Shown: positions 52,817-61,561 of the stretch, in pieces
How the letters are laid out: every line of letters begins with the position of its first letter
How positions within the stretch are numbered: the first letter of the stretch is position 1
DNA from: an uncultured Candidatus Saccharibacteria bacterium
GTDB taxonomy: Bacteria > Patescibacteriota > Saccharimonadia > Saccharimonadales > EFPC-124
DNA: 64,000 bases
Reading direction: 5' to 3'
NCBI GenBank assembly: GCA_964550035.1
Contig: CAZJVU010000004.1
Location: forward strand, 7,820-71,819
The notes under the pieces: model-generated
Database searches by the model: none
What the model saw: only the letters and a program-made list of their open reading frames with translations
What the model was told of the DNA's origin: nothing
Position numbers and translations under genes: made by a program

Positions 52817-53899
52817 ATGGAGAAATTGCAACAACGAGCACAAGCGCTGATCGCCCAGTGCGGTCAAGCCTGGCAGAAGCTGCGGGGTGATGAGCTGGTA
52901 CGCGAGCAGCAGGCCCTGCAAATACTAATGGGGCAGCCGGAATTCTGGCAAGACAATCAGCGCGCTCAAACGCTCACCAAACAAGAAGCTAAGTTAGCGG
53001 CTCAGCTTTCACCGTGGCAAAAAATACGACAGGAGGTCGCTGATCTCCAAGAGTTAGCCGCAGCAGGGGATGCGTCCCTGCGAAATGAGCTCGAACAGCA
53101 ATTGCTTGATCTGGAGAATCGGTACCAAACACTCAAGCGTGACCTGCTTTTTTCGGGCAAATACGACGACCACGACGCGATTCTGCGCCTGAGCGCCGGC
53201 GCCGGCGGAACCGACGCGCAGGATTGGGCGCAGATGATGCTGCGTATGTATACGCGTTGGGCGGAGCGAGAGTCCATGAAAGTCGAACTGCTCGAGCAGT
53301 CAACCGGTGAAGAAGCCGGCATCAAAAGTGCGGTGTTGAGTGTCAGCGGACCGTTTGCATACGGTAAGCTTCGTGGCGAGCACGGCGTGCATCGACTCGT
53401 ACGCCTCAGCCCATTTAACGCCGACAATCTGCGCCAGACATCGTTCGCGCTTGTAGAGGTACTACCGCAAATCGACGCACCAGATGAAGTAGCAGTCGAC
53501 GATAAAGACCTCAAGATAGACGTCTTCCGCGCTGGCGGTCATGGCGGCCAGTCGGTCAATACTACTGACTCTGCCGTGCGCGTCACGCATGTGCCGACCG
53601 GCATAACGGTCAGCATTCAGAACGAGCGATCACAGCTGCAGAACAAAGAAATGGCGCTCAAACTTGTCCGCTCCAAGCTCGCCCAACTCGCGCAGGAGCA
53701 GCACCAAGATCGTATCAACGAGCTCAAGGGTCCAACCAAATCAGCCGAATGGGGCGCCCAGATTCGCAATTACGTTCTCCATCCGTACACCTTGGTAAAA
53801 GATGCGCGCACCCGTCACGAAGAGCACGACGCGCAAGCGGTTCTGGATGGCAAACTCGAAGGGTTTATCAATGCATATTTGGAACATGCAGAAGTATAG
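52817..53899 (+). CDS. prfB: Peptide chain release factor 2, in a single uninterrupted frame
   Basis: SPF tripeptide (RLSPFN) and GGQ (GGHGGQSVN). Start taken at ATG 52817 after AGAGG. Confidence 0.9.
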   Translation: MEKLQQRAQALIAQCGQAWQKLRGDELVREQQALQILMGQPEFWQDNQRAQTLTKQEAKLAAQLSPWQKIRQEVADLQELAAAGDASLRNELEQQLLDLENRYQTLKRDLLFSGKYDDHDAILRLSAGAGGTDAQDWAQMMLRMYTRWAERESMKVELLEQSTGEEAGIKSAVLSVSGPFAYGKLRGEHGVHRLVRLSPFNADNLRQTSFALVEVLPQIDAPDEVAVDDKDLKIDVFRAGGHGGQSVNTTDSAVRVTHVPTGITVSIQNERSQLQNKEMALKLVRSKLAQLAQEQHQDRINELKGPTKSAEWGAQIRNYVLHPYTLVKDARTRHEEHDAQAVLDGKLEGFINAYLEHAEV

Positions 53900-53943
53900 C
53901 TTTGGCACTATATTCATGAGCGGCATGCTGCTACAATAGGAGA

Positions 53944-54630
53944 GTGATTTTACTCGACCGAGTGACCAAAATCTACGGAAAAGACAACAAGCCAGCGCTC
54001 AACAGAATAAGCCTGCATGTCGAGCCCAAAGAGTTCGTCATTTTAGTAGGCACCAGCGGCGCGGGTAAATCTTCATTGCTTAAAATTTTGACCCGAGAAG
54101 AGCGCCCAACCAGCGGCAAAATTGTCGTCGGCGGTATCGACTACGACACATTGAAAGATAAGAATATTCCTTTGCTCCGTCGCAAGATTGGTGTTGTTTT
54201 CCAGGACTTCAAACTATTGCCACAGCGAACGGTGTTCGAGAATATTGCTTTTGCACTCGAGCTTGTGGGCATGAGCAACCGCGAGATCCGCCATACTGTG
54301 CCAAAGGTGATCGAGCTTGTTGGTCTCACTGGCAAGGAAAACAAATTTCCAAATGAACTCTCAGGCGGTGAGCAGCAGCGCGTCGCGATTGCGCGTGCCG
54401 TTGTGCGCCAGCCAAAGATTCTGATCGCCGACGAGCCAACTGGCAACCTCGATCCCAAACACAGCTGGGATATTGTGCGCCTGCTGGAGAAGATTAACCG
54501 CTACGGCACGACTGTCCTGCTGACCACGCACAACCAAGATATTGTGAACAAACTTAAACGCCGCGTGATCACCATCGATCACGGCAAGATCATTTCAGAT
54601 GTCGCGCAAGGCAGCTACAACCAAGGATAA
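53944..54630 (+). CDS. ftsE: Cell division ABC ATPase FtsE
   Basis: GTSGAGKSS Walker A and [14 protein letters not shown] signature. Confidence 0.9.
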   Translation: MILLDRVTKIYGKDNKPALNRISLHVEPKEFVILVGTSGAGKSSLLKILTREERPTSGKIVVGGIDYDTLKDKNIPLLRRKIGVVFQDFKLLPQRTVFENIAFALELVGMSNREIRHTVPKVIELVGLTGKENKFPNELSGGEQQRVAIARAVVRQPKILIADEPTGNLDPKHSWDIVRLLEKINRYGTTVLLTTHNQDIVNKLKRRVITIDHGKIISDVAQGSYNQG

Positions 54631-54634
54631 AACT

Positions 54635-55555
54635 ATGAGACGAACGATGACCACCATCCTTCGAATTTTCCGTTACGGACTCGACAATTTCCGTCGCAAT
54701 GCGTGGCTGACGACTGCAGCAACGATCGTGATGACCATCACGCTCCTGATTATCTTAGTTACGGTGTTTGCTCGGTTTGTCTTTAACGACACCATCGATC
54801 AAGTTCGCCAGAAGATCGATATTTCTGTGTACCTCAAGGACGAAGACACGCCAAGCCAGATCCAAAAGTTCGCCACCGAAATCAAAAACGTTCCACAGGT
54901 TACCTCTGTCCAGTACATTAGCAAAGACCAAGCTCGCCAGGCGTTTGAGCAGCAGAACAAGACTGAGTTTAGTAATCTCCAGGCACTCGCCGAGCTCGGC
55001 AGCGACAATCCATTTCCAGCAAGCCTCAAAGTAAAGACCAACGACCCAAATAAACTCGACGGCCTGAACGCAGTCATTAGCAAGAACAAGTCGTTGCTCG
55101 AAAAGACAAGTTACTCAGGCGAACGCAAAGCGGCTATTGATAACATTGCTAACGTATCGCAGTTCTCGGAGACGGCCGGACTCGTCGCGGCGGCAGTGTT
55201 TGTGGTCATCTCGATCATGATCGTCTTCAACACGATCCGTATGGCGATCTTCAACCGACGTGATGAGATCGAAATGATGAAGCTCATTGGAGCGGAGAAG
55301 TCCTTTATCCGAGGTCCATTCGTGGTCGAGGCGGCTATGTATGGCGCACTGGCGGCTATTGTTTCGATTATCCTTATGTATGCCGTGTTACTCACTCGGG
55401 TCAGCGATCTTGCGAAATATGAGATTGTGGTTGCTAATACGGTGCACTTTTTCCAAGCTTGGCCGGTGCTTATTGTGCTTGGCCAGCTGCTCGTTGGTAT
55501 ACTTATTGGTGTCTTCTCGGCCCAGTTGGCCATCCGGAGATACCTTAAGCTTTAG
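54635..55555 (+). CDS. ftsX: Cell division ABC permease-like protein FtsX
   Basis: 4-TM topology with a large first extracellular loop. Immediately follows ftsE. Confidence 0.85.
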   Translation: MRRTMTTILRIFRYGLDNFRRNAWLTTAATIVMTITLLIILVTVFARFVFNDTIDQVRQKIDISVYLKDEDTPSQIQKFATEIKNVPQVTSVQYISKDQARQAFEQQNKTEFSNLQALAELGSDNPFPASLKVKTNDPNKLDGLNAVISKNKSLLEKTSYSGERKAAIDNIANVSQFSETAGLVAAAVFVVISIMIVFNTIRMAIFNRRDEIEMMKLIGAEKSFIRGPFVVEAAMYGALAAIVSIILMYAVLLTRVSDLAKYEIVVANTVHFFQAWPVLIVLGQLLVGILIGVFSAQLAIRRYLKL

Positions 55556-55586
55556 CGAATTGACAGAAGGTAGGTTATAGGATATT

Positions 55587-56714
55587 ATGACGGTGATTAC
55601 TATGCGCACGAAAACAAAAACAACCATCCTTGCAAGTCTTCGAAAGGCTGCCACGGGCACGTTCCTGGCGGTGTTGATGGCGATTGCGCCAGCTCTGAGC
55701 GCGAGCGCCGATAACTTCGACGACCAGATCAACGCCCTTCAGCAGCAGATCAGCGGCTATCAGCAGCAAGCCGGTCAGCTCCGTGCACAGGCTGATAACT
55801 TGCAAGCGCAAATTGGCGCCATCGACGCCCAGAAGCAAGCGATAGAAGCGCAGATTTCCGCCAACGAAATCAAGAAAGAGCAGCTCAACGAGAAAATCCA
55901 AGAAACCTCAAACAAGCTCGCCCAGCAAAAGCAAGGTCTCGGCGACAACCTCCGCTCGATGTATGTCGAAAACGACATCACCCCGCTCGAGATGATCGCT
56001 TCGAGCAAAAGTATTAGCGATTTTATCGACAAACAGGAGTACCGCAACAAGATTCGTGATGCTATACAGGAGAGTTTGAAGCAGATCAAAGACCTCCAGG
56101 CTCAGTTGACCAAACAGCGCCAGGACGTCGAGAACGTGCTCGCAAACCAAAAAGCACTGCAGTCAAGCCTCGCCGACCAAGAGAGCCAGAAGAACCAGTT
56201 GCTTGCCGAAACCCAAGGTCAAGAAGCCGCATATCAGCAGCTCACAGCCGACAAGAACAGTAAGATCTCCGATCTCCGTGCTCAACAGCGCGCTGCTAAT
56301 GCTCGGTTTATCGGCGCGGCGGGCTCGGGCCCTGCTTGTGGCGGTGGCTACCCGGGCGTCTACTGTAATGCGCCGATGGACACCGTCGTCGACAACTGGC
56401 TGATGTATAACCGTGAATGCGTAAGCTATGCCGCCTGGAAGACGAACCAAGTGCACGGATACAACCCAACTGGTTGGGGTAACGCTAACCAATGGCCGGG
56501 CGCTGCGCGCTCATCTGGCCTCTCTGTGGATGGCAATCCTCGCTCTGGCGACATCGCCGTCTGGAATGTCGGCTACTATGGCCACGTGATGTACGTTGAA
56601 TCGGTAAATGGTAACGGTACGATCAACGTGAGCCAGTACAACGCTGACTGGAATGGTACGTTTAGCTACGCTAACAATATTAGCGCTAGCGGTTTGCAGT
56701 TTATTCACTTCTAA
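55587..56714 (+). CDS. PcsB/EnvC-like secreted coiled-coil protein with a C-terminal CHAP peptidoglycan hydrolase domain
   Basis: Signal peptide. About 200 aa of Q-rich heptad coiled coil. CHAP Cys (NRECVSYAAWK) and His (GHVMYVESV). Confidence 0.75.
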   Translation: MTVITMRTKTKTTILASLRKAATGTFLAVLMAIAPALSASADNFDDQINALQQQISGYQQQAGQLRAQADNLQAQIGAIDAQKQAIEAQISANEIKKEQLNEKIQETSNKLAQQKQGLGDNLRSMYVENDITPLEMIASSKSISDFIDKQEYRNKIRDAIQESLKQIKDLQAQLTKQRQDVENVLANQKALQSSLADQESQKNQLLAETQGQEAAYQQLTADKNSKISDLRAQQRAANARFIGAAGSGPACGGGYPGVYCNAPMDTVVDNWLMYNRECVSYAAWKTNQVHGYNPTGWGNANQWPGAARSSGLSVDGNPRSGDIAVWNVGYYGHVMYVESVNGNGTINVSQYNADWNGTFSYANNISASGLQFIHF

Positions 56715-56717
56715 ATT

Positions 56718-56810
56718 AAATGGGGTGGCAGCTCGCGGGGTGGCCCCAAAAAGTTTTCTGTACTCAGAAAACCTTTTTAGGGGCGGACGAGCTGACAGGA
56801 CCCCTTCCTA
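56718..56810 (+). repeat. Copy C of the ~95-nt rod-like structured repeat
   Basis: P1 56722-26/56800-04, P2 56729-35/56788-94 (perfect), P3 56744-53/56773-83, P4 56754-60/56765-71. Confidence 0.6.
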
Positions 56811-56891
56811 TTTTTTCTCTCGTTTGGCTAAAAGCCGTCACTCGAGTGCCACTGGCAATGTTCGGGACCCCAGTCCTATTTGGTATGATGG

Positions 56892-57401
56892 GTGAGTATG
56901 GAAAAACTGACGTCGCACGCCAAAAAGTCCCACACCACACGCCGCGCGCTTGGCTTTGGTTTCGTAGCGCTTGTCGTGGTTACACTTGTGGCGTCGGCGA
57001 TCGCCATAGCGGCGAGAGGCCCAGCTTGCGGCGGGGGATATCCCGAGAAATGGTGCAATCGCCCGCTCGATTCGGTCGTAGATACCTGGGGTATGTACAA
57101 CCGTGAATGTGTGAGCTATACAGCGTACCGCGTGGCTCATTCGGGCCGTCATATGCCATATGGATTTGGTGATGCCAATAAGTGGCCAGCGGCCGCCAAG
57201 GCTAAGGGCATAGCCGTTGACTACTCGCCGCGGGCAGGGGACGTCGCCATCGATATGGCGGGCGACCATGGCCACTCAATGTACGTCGAATGGATCAACG
57301 ACAACGGAACGCTCCACATCAGCGAGTACAACAAGAACAAAACCGGCACCTACGCCGAAGAAGACGTTGACCGTATGGGCCTCCTATTTATACACTTCTA
57401 A
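56892..57401 (+). CDS. Membrane-anchored CHAP-domain peptidoglycan hydrolase (169 aa), paralog of the C-terminus of 55587..56714
   Basis: CGGGYPEKWCNRPLDSVVDTWGMYNRECVSY.. aligns with CGGGYPGVYCNAPMDTVVDNWLMYNRECVSY.. Confidence 0.75.
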   Translation: MSMEKLTSHAKKSHTTRRALGFGFVALVVVTLVASAIAIAARGPACGGGYPEKWCNRPLDSVVDTWGMYNRECVSYTAYRVAHSGRHMPYGFGDANKWPAAAKAKGIAVDYSPRAGDVAIDMAGDHGHSMYVEWINDNGTLHISEYNKNKTGTYAEEDVDRMGLLFIHF

Positions 57402-57446
57402 GTGACCTCTCAGCACGTCCGCGCATACTCAAGCTAGATTACAAAA

Positions 57447-58745
57447 GTGCTCATGTTTTGGGGTAGAAACATGATAGTATCAAAGGTAGACGTTTCAAAC
57501 ATGAAAGACAAAGGAGCAGACGTGGCCGTTAGTGATGCCTTGCCTCGCCCGACTAAAAAGGCGCGGACAGTTAAACTCAGTAGTGTTATTTTGATTGGTG
57601 TAATTGTGTTGGTGTTTGGATTTATTGCCGGCATGCGCGCAAACGACTTGCTTATAGCCTTCGGCAATAGCCAGAACAAAGATACACCATCGCAGCTGAA
57701 CTTTGCGAGCGTACAGCAAGTATATGATCAGCTACGACAGAAGTACGATGGCAAACTGGACGCGCAAAAACTTATCGACGGTGCGAAGAAGGGAATGGTC
57801 GAGGCGACCGGCGACCCATACACCGTGTACTTCACCGATAGCGAAGCCAAGCAGTTCTTTGGCGATCTCGAAGGAAAGTTTAGCGGCATCGGCGCTGAGC
57901 TCGACAAGCGCAATAACCAGCTTGTCATTAGCTCAACGCTCGACGATTCGCCGGCACGCAAGGCCGGATTGCAGCCAGGCGATGGTATCGCTAAGGTCAA
58001 CGACGAGGATGCATCAACGTGGAGCATTGAGCAGGCGGTTAGCAAAATCCGCGGCGACAAGGGCACAACGGTGAAGCTCAGCATCATCCGTGATGGCAAG
58101 CTCCAAGAAATCTCGATCGTCCGTGATGATATTGTCACCCCAAGCGTCACGTACAGTGTCGGAGACGACGGAATCGGCTACATGCGCATCTCGCGCTTCG
58201 CCGAGGGTGACACCTCGAGTCTCACCGCAAAGGCTGCGCAGGAGTTCAAGAATAAGGGCGTGAAGGGCATCGTGGTTGACGTGCGCGGCAATGGCGGCGG
58301 CTACCTGACAGCAGCACAAGACGTCGCGAGCCTCTGGCTCAAGAGCGACAAGACTATTGTGCAAGAGCGACGCGGTACGGTTGTCCAGGAAACCTTGAAG
58401 GCAACCGGCGATAACCCCATTCTCGCGGGCATACCGACAGTCGTCCTCGTCGATGGTGGTAGCGCAAGCGCGAGTGAGATTGTTGCCGGTGCGCTGCATG
58501 ATAATGGCGCTGCTAAGCTCGTTGGTGTGAAGACCTTCGGGAAGGGAAGCGTCCAAGATATCCTCAATATTCCAACCGGCGGCGAGCTGAAAGTAACAAT
58601 CGCCAAGTGGTATACGCCAAACGGCAAGAACATCAACAAGGAAGGTATCCAGCCCGACACCACCGTAAATCTCTCTGATGACGACCTTAAGAATAACCGC
58701 GATCCGCAAAAGGACAAAGCCTACGAGCTCGTAAAAAATCAGTAA
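57447..58745 (+). CDS. ctpA: C-terminal processing (S41, tail-specific) peptidase; start uncertain (57447-57501)
   Basis: PDZ (GLQPGDGIAKVND), GGSASASEIVAGAL Ser motif and TFGKGSVQ Lys motif. Confidence 0.85.
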   Translation: MLMFWGRNMIVSKVDVSNMKDKGADVAVSDALPRPTKKARTVKLSSVILIGVIVLVFGFIAGMRANDLLIAFGNSQNKDTPSQLNFASVQQVYDQLRQKYDGKLDAQKLIDGAKKGMVEATGDPYTVYFTDSEAKQFFGDLEGKFSGIGAELDKRNNQLVISSTLDDSPARKAGLQPGDGIAKVNDEDASTWSIEQAVSKIRGDKGTTVKLSIIRDGKLQEISIVRDDIVTPSVTYSVGDDGIGYMRISRFAEGDTSSLTAKAAQEFKNKGVKGIVVDVRGNGGGYLTAAQDVASLWLKSDKTIVQERRGTVVQETLKATGDNPILAGIPTVVLVDGGSASASEIVAGALHDNGAAKLVGVKTFGKGSVQDILNIPTGGELKVTIAKWYTPNGKNINKEGIQPDTTVNLSDDDLKNNRDPQKDKAYELVKNQ

Positions 58746-58767
58746 CTCGTGCTACACTAAAAACACT

Positions 58768-59154
58768 ATGGACGCAAAGAAAAAGATACTGCTAGTCGAG
58801 GATGACACTGCGCTCGCAAGCGTCTACGTATCTCGTTTACAGCTCGAGGGGTTCGACGTCAAGCATGTGCAGAACGGTGAAGACGCACTCAGCACGGCGA
58901 TTGCCTACAGGCCAGATCTCATCGTTCTCGACGCGATGATGCCAAAGATCAGTGGCTTCGATGTTCTGGATATCTTACGCAATACAGCACAGACCGCAAA
59001 TGTGCGTATCATCATGCTAACAGCGCTCAGTCAGGCTAAGGATAAAGAGCGCGCTGAGCAGCTCGGCGTGGATGACTACTTGGTAAAATCTCAAGTTGTG
59101 ATTGGTGATGTTGTCGCTCGTATCAAGCATCACCTGGGTATGGAGGAGAAGTAG
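58768..59154 (+). CDS. Stand-alone response-regulator receiver domain protein (CheY-like)
   Basis: KKILLVEDD, DLIVLDAMMP and LTALS..K motifs. 128 aa with no output domain. Confidence 0.8.
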   Translation: MDAKKKILLVEDDTALASVYVSRLQLEGFDVKHVQNGEDALSTAIAYRPDLIVLDAMMPKISGFDVLDILRNTAQTANVRIIMLTALSQAKDKERAEQLGVDDYLVKSQVVIGDVVARIKHHLGMEEK

Positions 59155-59240
59155 CTCCAGCCTCCCCTTCGGGCAGCGCTCCCTGCAAGCCGTTGCCTTT
59201 CTTTCTTGGCCACGCATTGAAGCTGGCGATCTATGAATCT

Positions 59241-59268
59241 AAAAACTCCCGCGAAATCGGGAGTTTTT
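59241..59268. terminator. Bidirectional intrinsic terminator between the receiver gene and rpmA
   Basis: AAAAACTCCCG-cgaaat-CGGGAGTTTTT. Near twin of 1789-1814. Confidence 0.75.
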
Positions 59269-59288
59269 AGCTAGTAGGGCGAGAGGCC

Positions 59289-59609
59289 TTACTTCTTTGT
59301 GGCTGCAGCAACCGGCTTCTTTGCCGGTGCGGCTGGTTCGACAACCTGCACCTGAGTGCGAACGGCAGTTTTACCGGTAAAGCGCTTGATCTTTACCTTA
59401 GCAAAACTCACAACGCCAGCTTTGGCGGCGTGAATAGTGAAGTCGCGACCCATAAATGTGCCAGGACCTGCGATTTTTGTCTGACCTACCTGACGAACGA
59501 GGACTTCGCCTTCGTTCACCTTTTGGCCACCGAAACGCTTCACACCAAGGCGTTGGCCGGGTGAGTCATGTACGTTTTTGGCTGTACCGCCTGCTTTGAC
59601 GTGTGACAT
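59289..59609 (-). CDS. rpmA: 50S ribosomal protein L27 with an Ala/Lys/Pro-rich C-terminal extension
   Basis: MSHVKAGGTAKNVHDSPGQRLGVKRFGGQ. Confidence 0.9.
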   Translation of the reverse strand: MSHVKAGGTAKNVHDSPGQRLGVKRFGGQKVNEGEVLVRQVGQTKIAGPGTFMGRDFTIHAAKAGVVSFAKVKIKRFTGKTAVRTQVQVVEPAAPAKKPVAAATKK

Positions 59610-59617
59610 ATATTAGT

Positions 59618-60784
59618 TTACTCCTTGACTGTTATCACCAGTAGCTCGCGCGCAACGACCTGATCTTCACGGTGGTAGATCAGCTCAGTATTACTCGCGC
59701 GCTTAAAACTCATCCGATTATAGCCGATTTTCTCGAGGTCGTCAACAACTGGTAGGTGTTTAAATGTTCGACCGTCAAACCACGCCGGCACAGCAACGCA
59801 GCATCGAGTGCCCGGCTGGAGCTGTTTGTGGAGATTCGTGAAGAATGCTGCGGTGATATCGTTGCAGTCGCGAATGATTTTTTCGAGCTTGGTTTGCTCG
59901 GGTATGGCGGTCAACGGTTGACCCAGATATACCTCGCAAGCGACGCTGTCGATCGGCTGTTCCCAGGTGGCAGTGGTGGCATCTGCCGGGTTGAGCTGAG
60001 ACTCAAAGTCGATATGGTATGTGCTCTTGAGCCAGTTGAGATTGTAGCGCGTGTACTCTACCATGCGCTCGCTTATGTCGGTGCCGTAGACATGAGCGTT
60101 CATGAGCGCAGCTTCTTGGAGCACGACACCTGTGCCGCAGAACGGGTCGAGGACGTGGTCACCCGGCTTGATTTGCGCGAGATTGAGCATTGTCTGGGCG
60201 AGCTTAGGCGGGAGCATACCGACAAATGAATCGCGCTTTGGCCGGCCGAAATCGCGCTTGGCGTAGTCATCAATATCTTGCACGTACAGCGTGCGCGCGA
60301 GATGCGTTTGGCGTCCATCGCGTATGAGAAGTAGTTCGCAGCCGACCTCTGTCGTCAGGCGATTGTGAATAACCTGGGCGCTGTTGAGTTCGAGCCCTGT
60401 ATTGGGCACAACCCGGACGGAGCGGCCGGCGCTGCGCACGGTTTTTTTGAGCTCGAGGCTGGAGCGCTGAAGGGTTTTGAGGTTGATCGGAAGATCATAG
60501 ACGCTGAGGCCGAGTTTGATTTTGCCTTCAGGGAGTGTATCGAGGAGTTCGAGTAGCTTCTCGCCGGCCATCGAGATAATCGTGCTCCATTCGATCGTCT
60601 CGAAGGTAGCAAGCGGTGTTGCGAACTTCATGACGCTGCCGAGGAGCGGGAAGGGGATTGCATCTGCGCCGACATCAACCTGCGCTGCCACATCACCAAG
60701 TGGCGACAAACGTTCAGCGCCAAAGCGGCTTTCAAGTTCGGCCATGCCGAGCGCGGGCTGACGCCCCAGAATGCAAATAACCAT
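59618..60784 (-). CDS. Class I SAM-dependent methyltransferase (UPF0020/Trm11-like RNA or DNA methylase)
   Basis: VLDPFCGTGVVLQEA SAM motif. Start taken at ATG 60784 (MVICILGRQ). The longer track ORF is read-through across the MOSC island. Confidence 0.55.
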   Translation of the reverse strand: MVICILGRQPALGMAELESRFGAERLSPLGDVAAQVDVGADAIPFPLLGSVMKFATPLATFETIEWSTIISMAGEKLLELLDTLPEGKIKLGLSVYDLPINLKTLQRSSLELKKTVRSAGRSVRVVPNTGLELNSAQVIHNRLTTEVGCELLLIRDGRQTHLARTLYVQDIDDYAKRDFGRPKRDSFVGMLPPKLAQTMLNLAQIKPGDHVLDPFCGTGVVLQEAALMNAHVYGTDISERMVEYTRYNLNWLKSTYHIDFESQLNPADATTATWEQPIDSVACEVYLGQPLTAIPEQTKLEKIIRDCNDITAAFFTNLHKQLQPGTRCCVAVPAWFDGRTFKHLPVVDDLEKIGYNRMSFKRASNTELIYHREDQVVARELLVITVKE

Positions 60785-60826
60785 ACGTCTAAGTATACCG
60801 TTTTTGGAATAAGAGCATAGGGGGTT

Positions 60827-60855
60827 GGCCCGGCGCCCGAGTGGGGCGCCGGGCC
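60827..60855 (-). terminator. GC hairpin after the MOSC gene
   Basis: GGCCCGGCGCCC/GGGCGCCGGGCC 12-bp perfect stem, 6 nt after the stop. Confidence 0.5.
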
Positions 60856-60861
60856 GGTAGG

Positions 60862-61458
60862 TCAGTCGTCCAAGCCCGGCAGGTCGGGGACGATGGGCTC
60901 GCGCTTGACCTTGGCGCGGAACGAATCCAGGATGGTCATTCCGCCGGCCGGTCGCGATTCGAGCTCCAGCGCGCCGTGCGTCGGCACTTCGCCGGGCTCG
61001 AGCACACTGCAGTACCACCCGCAGCGGCCGTTCCCCATCATCGCCTTGGCGGTGCCCGGCCCACGAAGCATGTCGAGCTTGTAGCACGGCCGGCGGTGCC
61101 CAGTCACTTGCAGCAGGGCGTCACCCCACCGCCAGACCTCACCGATGCGCACGTCGGCCTCGAGCCTGTCATCCACCGTGACGTTCTCGCCGAACATGCC
61201 CGGACCGAGAGCTTCGTTGCGCTCGGCGCACCACATGGTGTAGTGCGCACTGGGGTAGAAGTACACGGCCTTGAGCGGGCCGCCGTGGATCTGTCGGTCG
61301 TCTTGCTCGTCACCTTCCAGGCCGAGCGGGCTGAGATAGAGCCAATCGAATATGACGGGCGTTTTGCGGATGCCCGAGCTGACGTCGTGACCCAGGCGGT
61401 TGCCGAGGGGCGCGACGCGGCCGACGTTGACGGACGCGATCGGCATCGTGACGGTCAT
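60862..61458 (-). CDS. MOSC-domain protein (198 aa), GC-rich island
   Basis: Size and pattern (..GLEGDEQDDRQIHGG..AVYFY..GENV.. and a conserved C-terminal Cys region PCYKL) recall the YiiM/MOSC family. Confidence 0.5.
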   Translation of the reverse strand: MTVTMPIASVNVGRVAPLGNRLGHDVSSGIRKTPVIFDWLYLSPLGLEGDEQDDRQIHGGPLKAVYFYPSAHYTMWCAERNEALGPGMFGENVTVDDRLEADVRIGEVWRWGDALLQVTGHRRPCYKLDMLRGPGTAKAMMGNGRCGWYCSVLEPGEVPTHGALELESRPAGGMTILDSFRAKVKREPIVPDLPGLDD

Positions 61459-61561
61459 GGTGCTACCTCCGTACGTAGGGGACTGAACCTTGAGTATTTA
61501 TAATATAAAAATGATTTTTTATCAACTAACGCTGAGATTAGACTGACGGAAACCGAAAGTC

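Noticed and set aside
52793-53899. prfB might contain the programmed +1 frameshift site (CTT TGA C) typical of many bacteria.
   Set aside because: RF2 is encoded in one uninterrupted frame from the N-terminal region through SPF and GGQ. No in-frame TGA or shifted N-terminal ORF is present.
1789-59268. The near-identical terminators at 1789-1814 and 59241-59268 (CTAAAAACTCCCG..CGGGAGTTTTTAG) could be a repeat family of interest.
   Set aside because: Both are short canonical A-tract/hairpin/T-tract terminators. Two copies of a 11-bp stem are insufficient to argue for anything beyond convergent or duplicated terminators.
60785-61087. A 5' extension of the methyltransferase ORF (59618..61087) runs across the MOSC island.
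   Set aside because: The extension is Arg/Ala/Pro-rich read-through overlapping the MOSC gene and its hairpin. A coherent N-terminus (MVICILGRQPALGMAELE) starts at ATG 60784.
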